Source of the DNA: a virus
Lineage: Duplodnaviria > Heunggongvirae > Uroviricota > Caudoviricetes
IMG/VR virus record: IMGVR_UViG_3300028887_000001
Location: 156,088 to 220,087 of that record
Reading direction: 5' to 3' (one strand)
Length of the DNA stretch: 64,000 nucleotides
Within the stretch, counting starts at the first letter, position 1. Each line of letters begins with the position of its first letter. A program made the translations under genes and the position numbers. Of this stretch, positions 28,433-37,117 are shown in pieces. Below the pieces are notes generated by a model that saw only the letters and a list, made by a program, of their open reading frames with translations, was not told the origin of the DNA and did no database searches.

Positions 28433-29512
28433 TTAGCCAACGGAAAGTGGCATTTTTATTGTTGGATAACTCTCATAACCCTCTATTTTTATATCTTCAT
28501 ACTCAAACATGTCAATATCCTTTACAATTGGATTTAATTTCAATGTTGGCAATGAATATTTGTGCGGGTCTCTTGTTAACTGCTCATCAACACCCTCCAT
28601 TTGATTAAGATATATGTGGCAATCACATCCATTCCAGATAACTTCGTCTGGAACCATATTTACACACTGAGCTACCATTGAAAGCAATAAACTTGCTGAC
28701 ATTATGTTTGCCGGTGTTCCTAATGCCATATCCTGACTCCTACACATAAACCATAACGATAAAGCGTATTTTGGACAGCCGTATTCATCCATTGTTTGTT
28801 CTGTTGGTGCCAACCATTCTGGATTAATATTATCCTGGCACCACTCAACCCTTTCCATATGTTCCAATGGTCTAGCATTAAACATGTATATTGTATGACA
28901 TGGTGGCAATGCTACATCGTAAATAACATCAGGGTTATAACCAGTAAGCAACATTCTCCTGTCAAAAGGATTCTTTTTAAGGGTGTTAATTATCATTTGG
29001 ATTTGGTCAACATCATTTTCACCCCAGTGTCTCCATTGTTTCCCATATACAGGCCCAAGGTCACCATAAGTGTATTGAATCTGAACAAGATTTCCGTGGT
29101 AATTCTTTTTTACTGCCAGTTTAATACTCTCCTGATTTTTTACTTTTTCTATAAACTCATCCATACTAATACCGAGTTCAAGAGGAGAATTATTAACAAG
29201 GCTTAGATGCTTTTTTACAAGTTCATTGTAGAACCTATACGCATCAGGTGTCCAGAAATTAACCCCATTATCAATGAGATACTTGATGTTCGTATCCCCC
29301 TTTAGGAACCAAAGCAATTCATGGATAAATCCCTTCATGAACATTTTCTTTGTCGTTAATACAGGAAATCCATACTTTAATTGAAATCTCATTGACATTC
29401 CAAATAAAGATAAAACATCACCACTTCGTGTGTGCTTTAATACACCTTCATTTTTGATTCTCTTGAGACAATCCAGGTATTGAGAATCAACGAAATTACT
29501 TATTCCGCTCAT
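28433..29512 (-). CDS. thyA: thymidylate synthase family enzyme (ThyA fold) with two insertions; dUMP-specific Asn retained
   Basis: LWFLKGDTN, GDLGPVYGKQWR, RRMLLTGYNP, LPPCH catalytic Cys, SQDMALGTPANIMSASLL, CDCHIYLNQ, and C-terminus IEGYESYPTIKMPLSVG are collinear with E. coli ThyA. At 359 aa versus 264 it carries about 50-aa and about 30-aa insertions. Confidence 0.8.
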   Translation of the reverse strand: MSGISNFVDSQYLDCLKRIKNEGVLKHTRSGDVLSLFGMSMRFQLKYGFPVLTTKKMFMKGFIHELLWFLKGDTNIKYLIDNGVNFWTPDAYRFYNELVKKHLSLVNNSPLELGISMDEFIEKVKNQESIKLAVKKNYHGNLVQIQYTYGDLGPVYGKQWRHWGENDVDQIQMIINTLKKNPFDRRMLLTGYNPDVIYDVALPPCHTIYMFNARPLEHMERVEWCQDNINPEWLAPTEQTMDEYGCPKYALSLWFMCRSQDMALGTPANIMSASLLLSMVAQCVNMVPDEVIWNGCDCHIYLNQMEGVDEQLTRDPHKYSLPTLKLNPIVKDIDMFEYEDIKIEGYESYPTIKMPLSVG

Positions 29513-29513
29513 A

Positions 29514-29765
29514 TTATCTTCTCTTTCTTAACAATAACCAGCCAAATAACCAGATTATTCCCCATGCAGAAAGAAACAATACAAATGGTAACCATAATGG
29601 AGATATAACCCAAACCCAACTCCAATCTATTATGTGTCCAAGCTTTAAACCAACAAATAACACAGTAAAAAGTGTTGCAAGGCTTGATAAGTTAATTTGA
29701 AAAATCGGATAAGTTACTTTTGGCTTTTCAATACCATTGTTCAAATAATTAAAATTGGTGTTCAT
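29514..29765 (-). CDS. small membrane protein (83 aa, two transmembrane helices)
   Basis: ATLFTVLFVGLKLGHI and ISPLWLPFVLFLSAWGIIWLFGWLLL. Confidence 0.4.
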   Translation of the reverse strand: MNTNFNYLNNGIEKPKVTYPIFQINLSSLATLFTVLFVGLKLGHIIDWSWVWVISPLWLPFVLFLSAWGIIWLFGWLLLRKRR

Positions 29766-29766
29766 A

Positions 29767-30225
29767 TTAATCTATTTTTATATTATAATTTAAACTTTCC
29801 AATAACCCCTTAATTGAAGTGGTAATTTCTTCACCTGGATAATCCATGGTATATAACTCTACACCCTTCTTGTTGTCAATAAGTGTCATTTTGTCATTAT
29901 TAACCTTGAGAATGTAATCAATTGAAACTCTTGATTCAAGCTCTTTTTCTAACTCGTCAAGATTCGCATCTTCAACCCTTTCATATTTGTAACCAGCCTT
30001 TTTGAAATGCTCATTTAATGCCTTTCCCTGACTCTCAGCATTCTTGAATGAAACCCAATCAGCAACATGAACATCTTTATATTGATAAGTAGAGCCATTC
30101 TTAAATACTATCCTTACCGTCTTGAACTGTGTGTTACTTTCATCACACTCACCATAAACAACATTTGATGACTCAAACCACGCCCTGTCCTTAACATCAT
30201 CAATGTAATAACTGAATTTTAACAT
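29767..30225 (-). CDS. hypothetical protein (start moved to MLKFSYY...)
   Basis: The ORF-track N-terminal extension overlaps the promoter motif at 30264..30286; the internal ATG at 30225 sits about 40 nt downstream of that motif. Confidence 0.45.
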   Translation of the reverse strand: MLKFSYYIDDVKDRAWFESSNVVYGECDESNTQFKTVRIVFKNGSTYQYKDVHVADWVSFKNAESQGKALNEHFKKAGYKYERVEDANLDELEKELESRVSIDYILKVNNDKMTLIDNKKGVELYTMDYPGEEITTSIKGLLESLNYNIKID

Positions 30226-30263
30226 TTTTATTTCAACATTTTTTATATTATAATTAAAATTAC

Positions 30264-30286
30264 GATGCAAAAGTACTAAAAATATT
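30264..30286 (-). promoter_or_regulatory. conserved promoter motif
   Basis: Forward gatgcaaaagtactaaaaatatt. Confidence 0.55.
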
Positions 30287-30339
30287 CCAATTAAACAAAA
30301 TTTCACTACAAAAATATAAAAAAGAAAAACAAAAATCCT

Positions 30340-30600
30340 ATAACAGTACGTACTGCTAAGTATAAATATATTATTAAAATATCTTAAAATTATATATTAT
30401 ATATAATAATATATATAATATAATTGAAAATATATTAAATTATATTAAAATATATATCATATAATATTACTAATAATAGTTTAATATTAAACCATTATTA
30501 TTTCTTTTTAAGTATAATATTCATTATTCTAAACTTTATCATTAAATCTGTTTCATTATCATCAATATGTTGAATGTTATAAAAAAAATATTTAGATTTT
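30340..30600. repeat. AT-rich low-complexity strand-switch region with perfect 12-bp palindrome cagtacgtactg (30343..30354) and reiterated tatattaaa units; candidate origin or divergent control region
   Basis: Direct reading: this is the window's longest non-coding stretch (about 350 bp), almost pure A/T, between a minus block and a plus block. Confidence 0.4.
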
Positions 30601-30617
30601 CTTTGTTATAAAAAAAA

Positions 30618-30640
30618 GTTTTAGTACCTTTGCACTGAAA
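30618..30640 (+). promoter_or_regulatory. conserved promoter motif in plus orientation (TTTTAGTACCTTTGCACTG) with a -33 TTTG about 20 bp upstream
   Basis: Located about 20 nt upstream of the ATG at 30660. Confidence 0.6.
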
Positions 30641-30659
30641 TTTACAGGATTACTTAATT

Positions 30660-31157
30660 ATGAGAACACCAAAATCATATACAGATAATCTGGAAAAGGG
30701 AATTGTAACCGAACAGATGTTGTGTGATGTTCTTTATTCATATAATAAAAGAGCAAAGAACTGGAGGGATAAGAAACGACAATATAAAGAATCTTATTCT
30801 ACCAATTCCTATATATGGTTCAATGATGCTCTTGAAAATGAACAGAAATATTATGGATATAAATCAGAAATACTTGGCTTATTAGAACCGGATTGTATTC
30901 ACGAGGAGGTGCTTGAAAATGATTACGAAACAATAATCCAATATTATTTATTCTATGTGGTTGGAGACCATTCATTTCATCACCCAATACAAAAAGAAGA
31001 TATTGCAAAATGGCCAAACATACCAATTGTCAGAATTGAACAGGTAATTACACATGGCGCAAGCGCAAATAGACTGTTGTCAAGCCAATTCGCCGATAAT
31101 GTTAGAGAAGCGCTACTTGAAGGAAGAGCAAAAATCATTAGAAACAAACAAAAATAA
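30660..31157 (+). CDS. hypothetical protein (165 aa)
   Basis: First gene of the plus block after the switch region. Confidence 0.45.
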   Translation: MRTPKSYTDNLEKGIVTEQMLCDVLYSYNKRAKNWRDKKRQYKESYSTNSYIWFNDALENEQKYYGYKSEILGLLEPDCIHEEVLENDYETIIQYYLFYVVGDHSFHHPIQKEDIAKWPNIPIVRIEQVITHGASANRLLSSQFADNVREALLEGRAKIIRNKQK

Positions 31158-31166
31158 AAGAAAATT

Positions 31167-31349
31167 ATGAAAAAGCTTTGTGAAACACACCGTGTTTATT
31201 ATCGTGGTGAAAAATGTCCATATTGTGAACAGGAAAGAATTGAAAAGCTAACAAAAACATTTGTTAAAAAAGAAAAGCCAAAGGATAAGGATAGAGAAAT
31301 TAACGAGGACGACATCGCAAGACTAATCGAGAAATTTAACGTAAGATGA
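31167..31349 (+). CDS. small zinc-ribbon-like protein (60 aa)
   Basis: CETH...CPYC cysteine/histidine pairs. Confidence 0.35.
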   Translation: MKKLCETHRVYYRGEKCPYCEQERIEKLTKTFVKKEKPKDKDREINEDDIARLIEKFNVR

Positions 31350-31582
31350 CAAGCTACGACACAACTGTTGGTGTACTTAATATCTCTTACGAGTATTACG
31401 AAATTGTCACCGTAAAAGATTTAAAAGACGAACTTGGGAAAGATTGTTACTATACCCCAAAAGAATATTGTGACTTTAGATATGGAACAAATTTAAGAAG
31501 GTTCGTATACGACCCATATACTGGAGAAAAAATAATTTGGAAAGAAGTTAAGAAATTATTAGAAGAAAAAGAAAATTTATAA
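31346..31582 (+). CDS. hypothetical small protein (78 aa)
   Basis: ATGA overlap with the upstream ORF. Confidence 0.35.
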   Translation: MTSYDTTVGVLNISYEYYEIVTVKDLKDELGKDCYYTPKEYCDFRYGTNLRRFVYDPYTGEKIIWKEVKKLLEEKENL

Positions 31583-31603
31583 ACAACAAAAAAGAAAAAA
31601 GAA

Positions 31604-32422
31604 ATGAAAAGATTTTTTAATTTGTTACTTTTAACAAGCATTTTGTTCTGTTTGACTTCTTGTCATTTTGTGTCCCCTGACGCTGGTGAGGAAGCGGTAT
31701 TAATTTACAAACCATGGATTTTTGGCCATGGAAGCGTTGACAAAGACCCCGTAAAGACAGGTTTAACGTGGTGTGTGTTTTCAACATCGTCTGAAACATT
31801 CAAGATTATTCCTCAGAAACAGCAAGTGGATATGGAAGACCTTGTATCAAACGATAACACACCTCTTGATTTCCACACTGTAATCATCACACAGATTAAG
31901 GAAGGGAAAACCCCAATTCTGCTTGAAAATTACGGCAAAGACTGGTTTAGTACAAACCTGTATAACCACTATTGTAATAGAGTCCGTGATTATGTATCTC
32001 AGCATTCACCATTCGACCTTATGTCAAACAGAGAAGTATTAAATGAAATTGATAGAAAGGTTCTTAAGGAAATGCAGAATTATGTTTCTGAGTTATCAAA
32101 TGAAAAGGAGTTCCCTGTCGTAATTAAGAATGTGATTATTGGTCGCGCAATCCCAAACACAGAACAACTCGAAGAAATGAATCGCACAGCAAAGGCTGTA
32201 CAGGCAAAACAGACACAAGAAAGAGAGGCTGAGGTTCAGGAAGCAAGAGAAAAGGCTGAACGTTTGAGGGCAATTGCTGACAAGGCATATAGAACAGAAC
32301 TTGGATTAAGCGCAGAAGACTTTATCGCTCTTAAATGGATTGAAACAATCGAAAAGAAACAGGGGGCAAATATTGATGTTATGGTTGGGCCAGCAACATC
32401 AATGTGGAATGTAAGGAGATAA
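31604..32422 (+). CDS. SPFH/band-7 domain lipoprotein (prohibitin/HflC-like)
   Basis: Lipoprotein signal LLLTSILFCLTSC, followed by a band-7 core and C-terminal coiled coil AKAVQAKQTQEREAEVQEAREKAERLRAIADKAYR. Confidence 0.65.
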   Translation: MKRFFNLLLLTSILFCLTSCHFVSPDAGEEAVLIYKPWIFGHGSVDKDPVKTGLTWCVFSTSSETFKIIPQKQQVDMEDLVSNDNTPLDFHTVIITQIKEGKTPILLENYGKDWFSTNLYNHYCNRVRDYVSQHSPFDLMSNREVLNEIDRKVLKEMQNYVSELSNEKEFPVVIKNVIIGRAIPNTEQLEEMNRTAKAVQAKQTQEREAEVQEAREKAERLRAIADKAYRTELGLSAEDFIALKWIETIEKKQGANIDVMVGPATSMWNVRR

Positions 32423-32423
32423 A

Positions 32424-32447
32424 TAGGGATTTCCCTAATCATTTTTA
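32424..32447 (+). terminator. putative terminator
   Basis: Short taggga/tcccta hairpin plus a T-run. Confidence 0.35.
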
Positions 32448-32525
32448 GGAATTTCATACCCCATTTTGCTACCCTAACAAACTATATATTATATAAAGAA
32501 AATAATATATTAAAACATTAAGACA

Positions 32526-32996
32526 ATGAAAAAGTTTATTACGATTTTATTTGCAGCATTCGCATTGTTGAGTCTTAACTCATGCGAAACCTATGCACAG
32601 GATTATTACATGTATAATAATGGAATGGTGTATGAATACAGTTATGAATCACACCCAGTTAGGTATATTAATGGTATAGCATATTACTACTGCCTGACAA
32701 ACGGAATATGGAATTGGGTTATCTTACCAAGAACCTATTATCCTTATGTGGTTCATCACTATCCTCGCAGATATGTTCACCCACATAATGGGTATAGAAG
32801 ACCTGATGTTAGATATTCAGCACCAAATTGGCCTGAAATACAACGCAGAGAAGGTTCGTTTAATCGGGGTGGGCATCAACCACACAACAATGGCGGTTAT
32901 AGGCCACACAATGGAATAAATCACCAAAATATGGGTGGCCGTACTCATGGTGGTGGAAGTTTTGACCGTTCAAGTTCAAGAGGTGGAAGAAGATAA
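32526..32996 (+). CDS. lipoprotein with Tyr-rich core and Gly/His/Arg-rich low-complexity tail
   Basis: Signal ILFAAFALLSLNSC; C-terminus GGHQPHNNGGYRPHNGINHQNMGGRTHGGGSFDRSSSRGGRR. Confidence 0.45.
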   Translation: MKKFITILFAAFALLSLNSCETYAQDYYMYNNGMVYEYSYESHPVRYINGIAYYYCLTNGIWNWVILPRTYYPYVVHHYPRRYVHPHNGYRRPDVRYSAPNWPEIQRREGSFNRGGHQPHNNGGYRPHNGINHQNMGGRTHGGGSFDRSSSRGGRR

Positions 32997-33001
32997 TAAA
33001 A

Positions 33002-33037
33002 ATGAGCACTCAAATTAATGGGTGCTCATTATTTTTG
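33002..33037. terminator. bidirectional rho-independent terminator
   Basis: atgagcac/gtgctcat hairpin plus T-run between converging genes. Confidence 0.6.
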
Positions 33038-33041
33038 ATAT

Positions 33042-33620
33042 TTAGACTTCTTCAACTGTCCAACCATTTGGAATTCCATTTCTACCTTCATCCCATTCAA
33101 CACCAGACTTCTTAACAAAAGTTCCAGTCTCTGATACACGGAATAACCAATCTGTTGTGCTTCCATTTCCAAATTCAGTAGCCATACACTTGACATAATT
33201 TAATGACGCACATTCATAGAACATATATTCGTAACAACCGTTAGCCAAGGTGGTTGCAAGAAGTTCAGGAGTGGTAGTTAATGATGTACAGCCATAGAAC
33301 ATGCCATCATAACAAAAATCTGCCAACGTAGTAGCTGGTAATTCTGGTGCAGTTATTAATGATTTACAACCTGTGAACATTTCAAGGTAACATTCATTTG
33401 CTAATGTAGTAGCAGGAAGTGTAGTAGGTGCATTTGTTAATGATGCACAACCTGCAAACATTTCACCATAACATGCCTCTGTTAATGTTGTTACTGGTAA
33501 TCTTAAAAGCTTGGCATCTTCCAACCCATAATTACCTGCAAATAATTGTCTGAAATTACCACTTGTGCCTTCTTCGAAGGAAGTTTTATCAGCAAAATCA
33601 TCAGCATAGAGGAGGGACAT
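33042..33620 (-). CDS. BspA-type leucine-rich repeat (LRR_5) protein segment, C-terminal part of a split gene
   Basis: About 23-aa repeats of the form ATTLA(N/D)xCY(x)MF.GC.SLT..PEL. Reading upstream it is in the same frame as 33669..34154, separated by a single TAA. Confidence 0.6.
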   Translation of the reverse strand: MSLLYADDFADKTSFEEGTSGNFRQLFAGNYGLEDAKLLRLPVTTLTEACYGEMFAGCASLTNAPTTLPATTLANECYLEMFTGCKSLITAPELPATTLADFCYDGMFYGCTSLTTTPELLATTLANGCYEYMFYECASLNYVKCMATEFGNGSTTDWLFRVSETGTFVKKSGVEWDEGRNGIPNGWTVEEV

Positions 33621-33668
33621 TATGTTACCATATACATTATAATGACCATCACTTGTAAAATAACAAGA

Positions 33669-34154
33669 TTATCCATTTTCATATAAAGAAACACCTGAAC
33701 CTTTAAATAAAATCTTTTGGCCTACTTCATGAGGGAAGGAAACTGACCCACCAACACTATGGCCATTTTCATTGTACGTAGTCGTCCAGGTTTCTCCATC
33801 ATCAATTGAGTAAGCTAACCATGCATGTGTTGAAGTTGACACATTAGGTGCAAATAAAATTCTTAATGAGTCCTTAGGGCCACCTCCTAAGTATTCGAAG
33901 GTCAAGTACATTTTCTCGTACTCATCATTATCTCCGCCACCACCATTATTTTTTTTCTCACCTTTCTTGTAGAACAACGGTGATTGAGATAAAGCACCAG
34001 TTTCTTGGCCAGTTTCACTAAAGAATGAGCCAATTTCTGTTAAGTTTTGTTCAATGTGGTTTGCTGGTGCAAACTTAACCTTCTTTATCTCAGCAGTTGT
34101 TACAAAATGCTCAGGCATTTTATAACCATACGAATCGTAATAATTGTCTAACAT
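33669..34154 (-). CDS. N-terminal domain of the split BspA-like LRR protein (paralog of the fused gene at 1..688)
   Basis: MLDNYYDSYGYKMPEHF... is paralogous to the window-start gene. It ends ...SLYENG* and the same frame continues SCYFTSDGHYNVYGNIMSLLYADDF. Confidence 0.55.
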   Translation of the reverse strand: MLDNYYDSYGYKMPEHFVTTAEIKKVKFAPANHIEQNLTEIGSFFSETGQETGALSQSPLFYKKGEKKNNGGGGDNDEYEKMYLTFEYLGGGPKDSLRILFAPNVSTSTHAWLAYSIDDGETWTTTYNENGHSVGGSVSFPHEVGQKILFKGSGVSLYENG

Positions 34155-34226
34155 TTTATACAGCTTATAACACTAATAAATATCAAATTCTAGAATAAAT
34201 TACACCTCATATTGTTTATTTCAAAA

Positions 34227-34250
34227 CTTTTTAGTATCTTTGTAATGAAT
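34227..34250 (+). promoter_or_regulatory. conserved promoter motif in plus orientation (TTTTTAGTATCTTTGTAATG)
   Basis: Lies about 210 nt upstream of the next gene, so it may drive a leader or small RNA. Confidence 0.5.
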
Positions 34251-34461
34251 TTTTGAAAATAAATTATGAACACAAAAGCAATTTTGGAATAATTCTATTT
34301 ATATTATAATAACAGGCTATAAATGATTAATAAATTGAACCACATATATAATAGGTTCCAGCAATGATATAATTGTTAAATATTGTTAAGGAAAACAATA
34401 ATCTGGGGCCATAATTTGTGAGTTCCAGATTTTTTTTATAATTTTGCAAAAGTTTTTGGAT

Positions 34462-35010
34462 ATGGAAAAGAATAATATCATTCCGTTCTTAACGGAAATT
34501 AACAAGGCGTTGGTTGAACAAACTCGTGAAGAGATAAAGACCGATGATGAATTATTGATGGCAAAGCTGTCGATATTGAATCATTATGACAGTGAAGGAT
34601 ATGATTGTGACGAAATAATCTCAAAAATCAGAGAATGCAATGAACAGGAAATGGTTGTTTTTTCAAATAACCTGTTCTCTGACAGAGAGATTCAGTTTAA
34701 TTCAATTGAAGACATTGTAAACAATTTCAAAGAAGAAATGTCTGACATTAATACATTCCTCTGGATATATTGCTATTATAATGGCTATAACATGGATGAT
34801 GTTTATAGAGGAAATATTGAATCTGGTAATCTTGATGGCCTTTTCTCCATTTTAGAGACTGGAGTGAAGGTAGATGTGCTCAGCAATGTTTCAAGCAGAG
34901 TTAATAGAAAATTCAAATCAATCTATAGCGAATCAATGCTTAACAACATATGGGGTAGATTGACAAACGATGAGAAAAATGCTGGAATTAACATGGAAAT
35001 AGAATATTAA
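34462..35010 (+). CDS. hypothetical protein (start moved to ATG MEKNNIIPF...)
   Basis: The ORF track begins at a TTG at 34444, inside a TAATTTTG -7 box at 34439..34446. Confidence 0.45.
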   Translation: MEKNNIIPFLTEINKALVEQTREEIKTDDELLMAKLSILNHYDSEGYDCDEIISKIRECNEQEMVVFSNNLFSDREIQFNSIEDIVNNFKEEMSDINTFLWIYCYYNGYNMDDVYRGNIESGNLDGLFSILETGVKVDVLSNVSSRVNRKFKSIYSESMLNNIWGRLTNDEKNAGINMEIEY

Positions 35011-35028
35011 CATTAAACATTTTTTCAC

Positions 35029-35289
35029 ATGAGAAAATTAAACAAAAAGAACATGATTTCAGAGTATGTAGAGCGTTTTGAAAACTACATACTAGACAAT
35101 TACGGTGACATCAGTGATGACGATTACAAGAAACTTATGAAGGAAAGTAAGAAAGTAATCACCAAATACATCAAAGAATATCCATATGAGAATGATGGTT
35201 ACGAGGAATACGTAGATGACTACAACTTCTTTGATAGTGATTTGTTATCAACCATCAAAAGTAATACCACATATTTCACGGAGTATTGA
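35029..35289 (+). CDS. hypothetical small acidic protein (86 aa)
   Basis: ORF. Confidence 0.4.
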   Translation: MRKLNKKNMISEYVERFENYILDNYGDISDDDYKKLMKESKKVITKYIKEYPYENDGYEEYVDDYNFFDSDLLSTIKSNTTYFTEY

Positions 35290-35313
35290 TATGGCAATAA
35301 TATTACATACGGT

Positions 35314-37056
35314 TTACCAACTGTTGCCACAATAAGCATTAACCAAGCAGAGAATGTTATTATCTATTGCGTCGGGTATTTTCTCTTCCAGCGCATCAAT
35401 ACAAAGTTTTAATGTGGCGCCAGTGTTTATATCCTCGTCGAAAATAAGAAGTTTAGCATTCTTATATTGTGACATCAATTGACCATTCTTTAGATAATTG
35501 TCTGCAACAATATAGACATTATTAAGGAATGGTCTAAATTTTTTAGAAAATTGTGTGACCTTTACTCTCTTTGAATTGAAATGGAGTTTATATCCCCTTT
35601 CTTTCAACATATCTGAGTATTGCTTTACTATTTGTAATGTTTTTACAAGATATTGATTAAATACTTTTCTTCCTATTTTAAGTTGTATTCTTGATTGGAT
35701 TTCATTTAAAATGTGTGTCGAATCATAACTCTTTGTGTACAACCTGTTTTGTTTTTGCATGAAATTTTTGACTAGGTGTTTATCAACAATATCACCATCT
35801 GATTGCATTTCTTTTACAACTGTACCATAAGCATATTCCATTAAGCAATTAAACACATCGTTTATTGGCGTTTTTTCCCTACTATGACTTGAAAGTGATA
35901 TATTTGAAAATAATTCAATGTTATTGTTCATTAATTCCCTCATTGGCTCAGAAACAAAATATGAGATTTCTTTATATGCAACATTTTTAACCTGGTTTTC
36001 AAAATCCATAACATCTTTCTGTGAAAAACCCTTTTCAAGCATTGATTTAACATCCCTACCATCATCAAACCTTACATTTATAAGATTTCTTGAAAAGAAG
36101 TCTTTCTTAAATGGTATACCAAGTTTATTACTTAGATTTGTACAGTAATAAGTGTTAAATTCAGAAGAACTGGGAGGGGCAATAATAAAGTCCGGAACAA
36201 ATCCTTCCTTCTTTAATGCATACGCGGCATAATTCACAGATTTATCTAGGAATTGCGAAACAGACGAATATCCATTGTCACCATTCAGCCCGAATTGTTG
36301 TTTATAATGCCCATCCTTAACACCATTCAATGAAAAATTCTGAGCGATGTTTGGTGTGTATTTATTGTCGTAGGTTACATTTATTGGTGCAAATTCTGTT
36401 TTCTTATTTCCTTTTTCTCTCTCATCCTTAGATATACCAAGAAGTTTATCTGTTAAATCATTTTGTCTCATTGTGCCATGTTTTATGGCATCACTGAAAT
36501 TAAAATCATCCATTGTGAAAAGGGCAATATACTTAATGTTTGTTCCATTAACAGTTCCTGTCATATATCGAGCAACCCTATCTGAATCTGTATTTTGTAT
36601 TCTATTAACCGTTGAAGCGTATGGATTCACTTCTTGTTCAATTCTATCTATTGCCTTCTTCGCGGCATCAATGATATAATTGTCAGACTTTCCGGAATCA
36701 AACCATTTATTAACCGCTGTTATTGTTGCACTTTCAAGGTTATCTGGCATTTCAATACTACCATTTCGGCCATTTTTAACAAACGCAATAACATTATTAT
36801 AGTATTGTATTGCAGCCTGTTTTGATTTTGCGGTTTTTGAAATACTTGATGTTTTGCCATGTGCAGTATTATCACCATAAAGAACATCATTTTTGTTACC
36901 AAAAAGTCTGGTATCAACAGAGCCCTTTCCGCGATTTTCCTTATCTGTTGTGTTGTTGTTAACTGATATGTTTATTGTACCATCTTGGTTTTTTGTCCAA
37001 TCAACACCCTCAAATAATTTGTTGTATTGTGATTCTGTTATGATAATGTTCCTCAT
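35314..37056 (-). CDS. large protein with C-terminal type-I phosphoribosyltransferase (PRTase/PRPP-binding) domain; ESQL-motif N-terminus
   Basis: LLIFDEDINTGATLKLCIDAL is the PRPP-binding loop signature. The probable start MRNIIITESQYNKLFEGV is at 37056; the ORF-track extension reads through the terminator. Confidence 0.5.
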   Translation of the reverse strand: MRNIIITESQYNKLFEGVDWTKNQDGTINISVNNNTTDKENRGKGSVDTRLFGNKNDVLYGDNTAHGKTSSISKTAKSKQAAIQYYNNVIAFVKNGRNGSIEMPDNLESATITAVNKWFDSGKSDNYIIDAAKKAIDRIEQEVNPYASTVNRIQNTDSDRVARYMTGTVNGTNIKYIALFTMDDFNFSDAIKHGTMRQNDLTDKLLGISKDEREKGNKKTEFAPINVTYDNKYTPNIAQNFSLNGVKDGHYKQQFGLNGDNGYSSVSQFLDKSVNYAAYALKKEGFVPDFIIAPPSSSEFNTYYCTNLSNKLGIPFKKDFFSRNLINVRFDDGRDVKSMLEKGFSQKDVMDFENQVKNVAYKEISYFVSEPMRELMNNNIELFSNISLSSHSREKTPINDVFNCLMEYAYGTVVKEMQSDGDIVDKHLVKNFMQKQNRLYTKSYDSTHILNEIQSRIQLKIGRKVFNQYLVKTLQIVKQYSDMLKERGYKLHFNSKRVKVTQFSKKFRPFLNNVYIVADNYLKNGQLMSQYKNAKLLIFDEDINTGATLKLCIDALEEKIPDAIDNNILCLVNAYCGNSW

Positions 37057-37083
37057 ATTGCTTATGTTATAACATATAAATAT

Positions 37084-37117
37084 CAAAAAAGGAGGAATTA
37101 AATCTCCTCCTTTTCTT
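37084..37117 (-). terminator. rho-independent terminator
   Basis: ggagga/tcctcc hairpin with T-runs. Confidence 0.5.
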
